DNA of 42,539 nt from a virus: IMG/VR virus record IMGVR_UViG_3300035210_000132, positions 156,596 through 199,134 of that record, one strand, 5' to 3'. Both the position numbers and the translations under genes were made by a program. Of this stretch, positions 41,939 through 42,539 are shown in pieces (within the stretch, counting starts at the first letter, position 1; each line of letters starts with the position of its first letter). The notes under the pieces are model-generated. The model was not told the DNA's origin. It made no database searches and worked only from the letters and a program-made list of their open reading frames with translations.

Positions 41939-42073
41939 ATGAGCGACGCGTATGTTTTTAGGGCGGCGGAGGGTGGACCTGAGGATGAAGAAGACGACAG
42001 CAGCAGCACCTACGAAGATCGTGTGGACGATGCCCTGACCGGCGATTCCGACTCGAGTACGGAGGATGACTAG
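41939..42073 (+). CDS. Small highly acidic protein (44 aa; MSDAYVFRAAEGGPEDEEDDSSSTYEDRVDDALTGDSDSSTEDD). Speculatively a DNA-mimic or early anti-host candidate.
   Basis: ATG at 41939 with GGAAAGG about 12 nt upstream and TAG at 42071-42073. Below the track size cut-off. About 45% D/E/S. Confidence 0.35.
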   Translation: MSDAYVFRAAEGGPEDEEDDSSSTYEDRVDDALTGDSDSSTEDD

Positions 42074-42208
42074 GAACATGTGGAGATTGAAGCTATACGC
42101 CTTGATGATCATCCATCAAATACTTGGCTACATCATCCAATCGATGATGCAGAACTACGCTCAGTTGGCGTAACCCATGGAGGAGGGAAATAAGGAAGCG
42201 TTCTGCCG

Positions 42209-42539
42209 TCTCCTGTTCATGTCCAACGGAGGCAGGATGACGGAAGCGGGCAAGCCCGACCCGAACTTCAGGGCTCGGGGCATGTGCTCGGATCCGTACG
42301 ACTGCTTTAGTTGCAACGTGATGCAAGCCGAGCTGGCCAGGCACCCCCCTGGGCAGGTTATCTGGGTATGCCCAGATTGTATCAAAGTCGCAGTCACCAA
42401 ATCAAAAGATGGCGGGCTTCCTTATCTACTCCCTGGGCACTACAGCGAGGGGCAGTGCCAATTGCGCACCTGCTCCCGACCGGCAAGGACAGAAGAAGGG
42501 GTCGAGCTACCGCCTGGGTATTCCCGATTTCTCCAACTG
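42209..42539 (+). CDS. Partial Cys-rich protein (>=110 aa, runs off the right edge): ...CSDPYDCFSCNV...WVCPDCIKV...EGQCQLRTCSRP. Putative zinc-finger protein.
   Basis: Open frame from the ATG at 42209 (or 42227) to the window end. No stop, so it is absent from the ORF track. The overlapping minus-strand ORFs are short and artefact-like. Confidence 0.4.

Noticed and set aside
41735-41940. tRNA-like segment (ggtcgaa...) in the RNAP upstream region
   Set aside because: No complete cloverleaf (acceptor, D, anticodon, T arms) could be built by eye. I judge no tRNA present.

Overview
High-GC (~60%) window that is almost entirely a segment of a tailed dsDNA phage or prophage. Nearly all genes lie on the minus strand in tightly coupled operons with 1-4 nt overlaps and AGGAG-type RBSs. 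The minus strand, read from high to low coordinates, carries: a 2105-aa single-chain beta/beta-prime multisubunit-type RNA polymerase (motifs GRHGNKG and NADFDGD read directly); a P2 gpV/Mu gp45-like baseplate spike; a 736-aa protein; a standalone C39-family cysteine peptidase; and a large-terminase gene interrupted by a ~352-aa intein carrying a LAGLIDADG homing endonuclease. A morphogenesis block follows: an 1113-aa protein with an HK97-type prohead-protease-like N-terminal domain, acidic scaffold-like proteins, a 426-aa protein with duplicated Cys4 knuckles, a candidate major capsid protein followed by a clear rho-independent terminator, connector-size proteins, two large low-complexity Gly-zipper proteins, a 1234-aa protein whose C-terminus looks like a contractile-tail sheath, and a run-off Q/P-rich ORF at the left edge that is absent from the ORF track. 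Two plus-strand islets interrupt this. One (23345-24616) encodes an Xis-like HTH protein plus a tail-anchored membrane protein; the HTH gene looks AT-richer than its surroundings by eye, and the islet ends at a bidirectional terminator. The other (27594-29962) is a nucleotide-metabolism islet: RNase HII, a MazG-like NTP pyrophosphohydrolase, a small CxxC protein and a HAD-family 5'(3')-deoxyribonucleotidase. No tRNA, rRNA, CRISPR array, integrase or DNA-replication genes were seen. The most unusual element is the compact fused beta/beta-prime RNAP, which lacks the N-terminal beta-prime zinc finger and heads the baseplate-spike operon.
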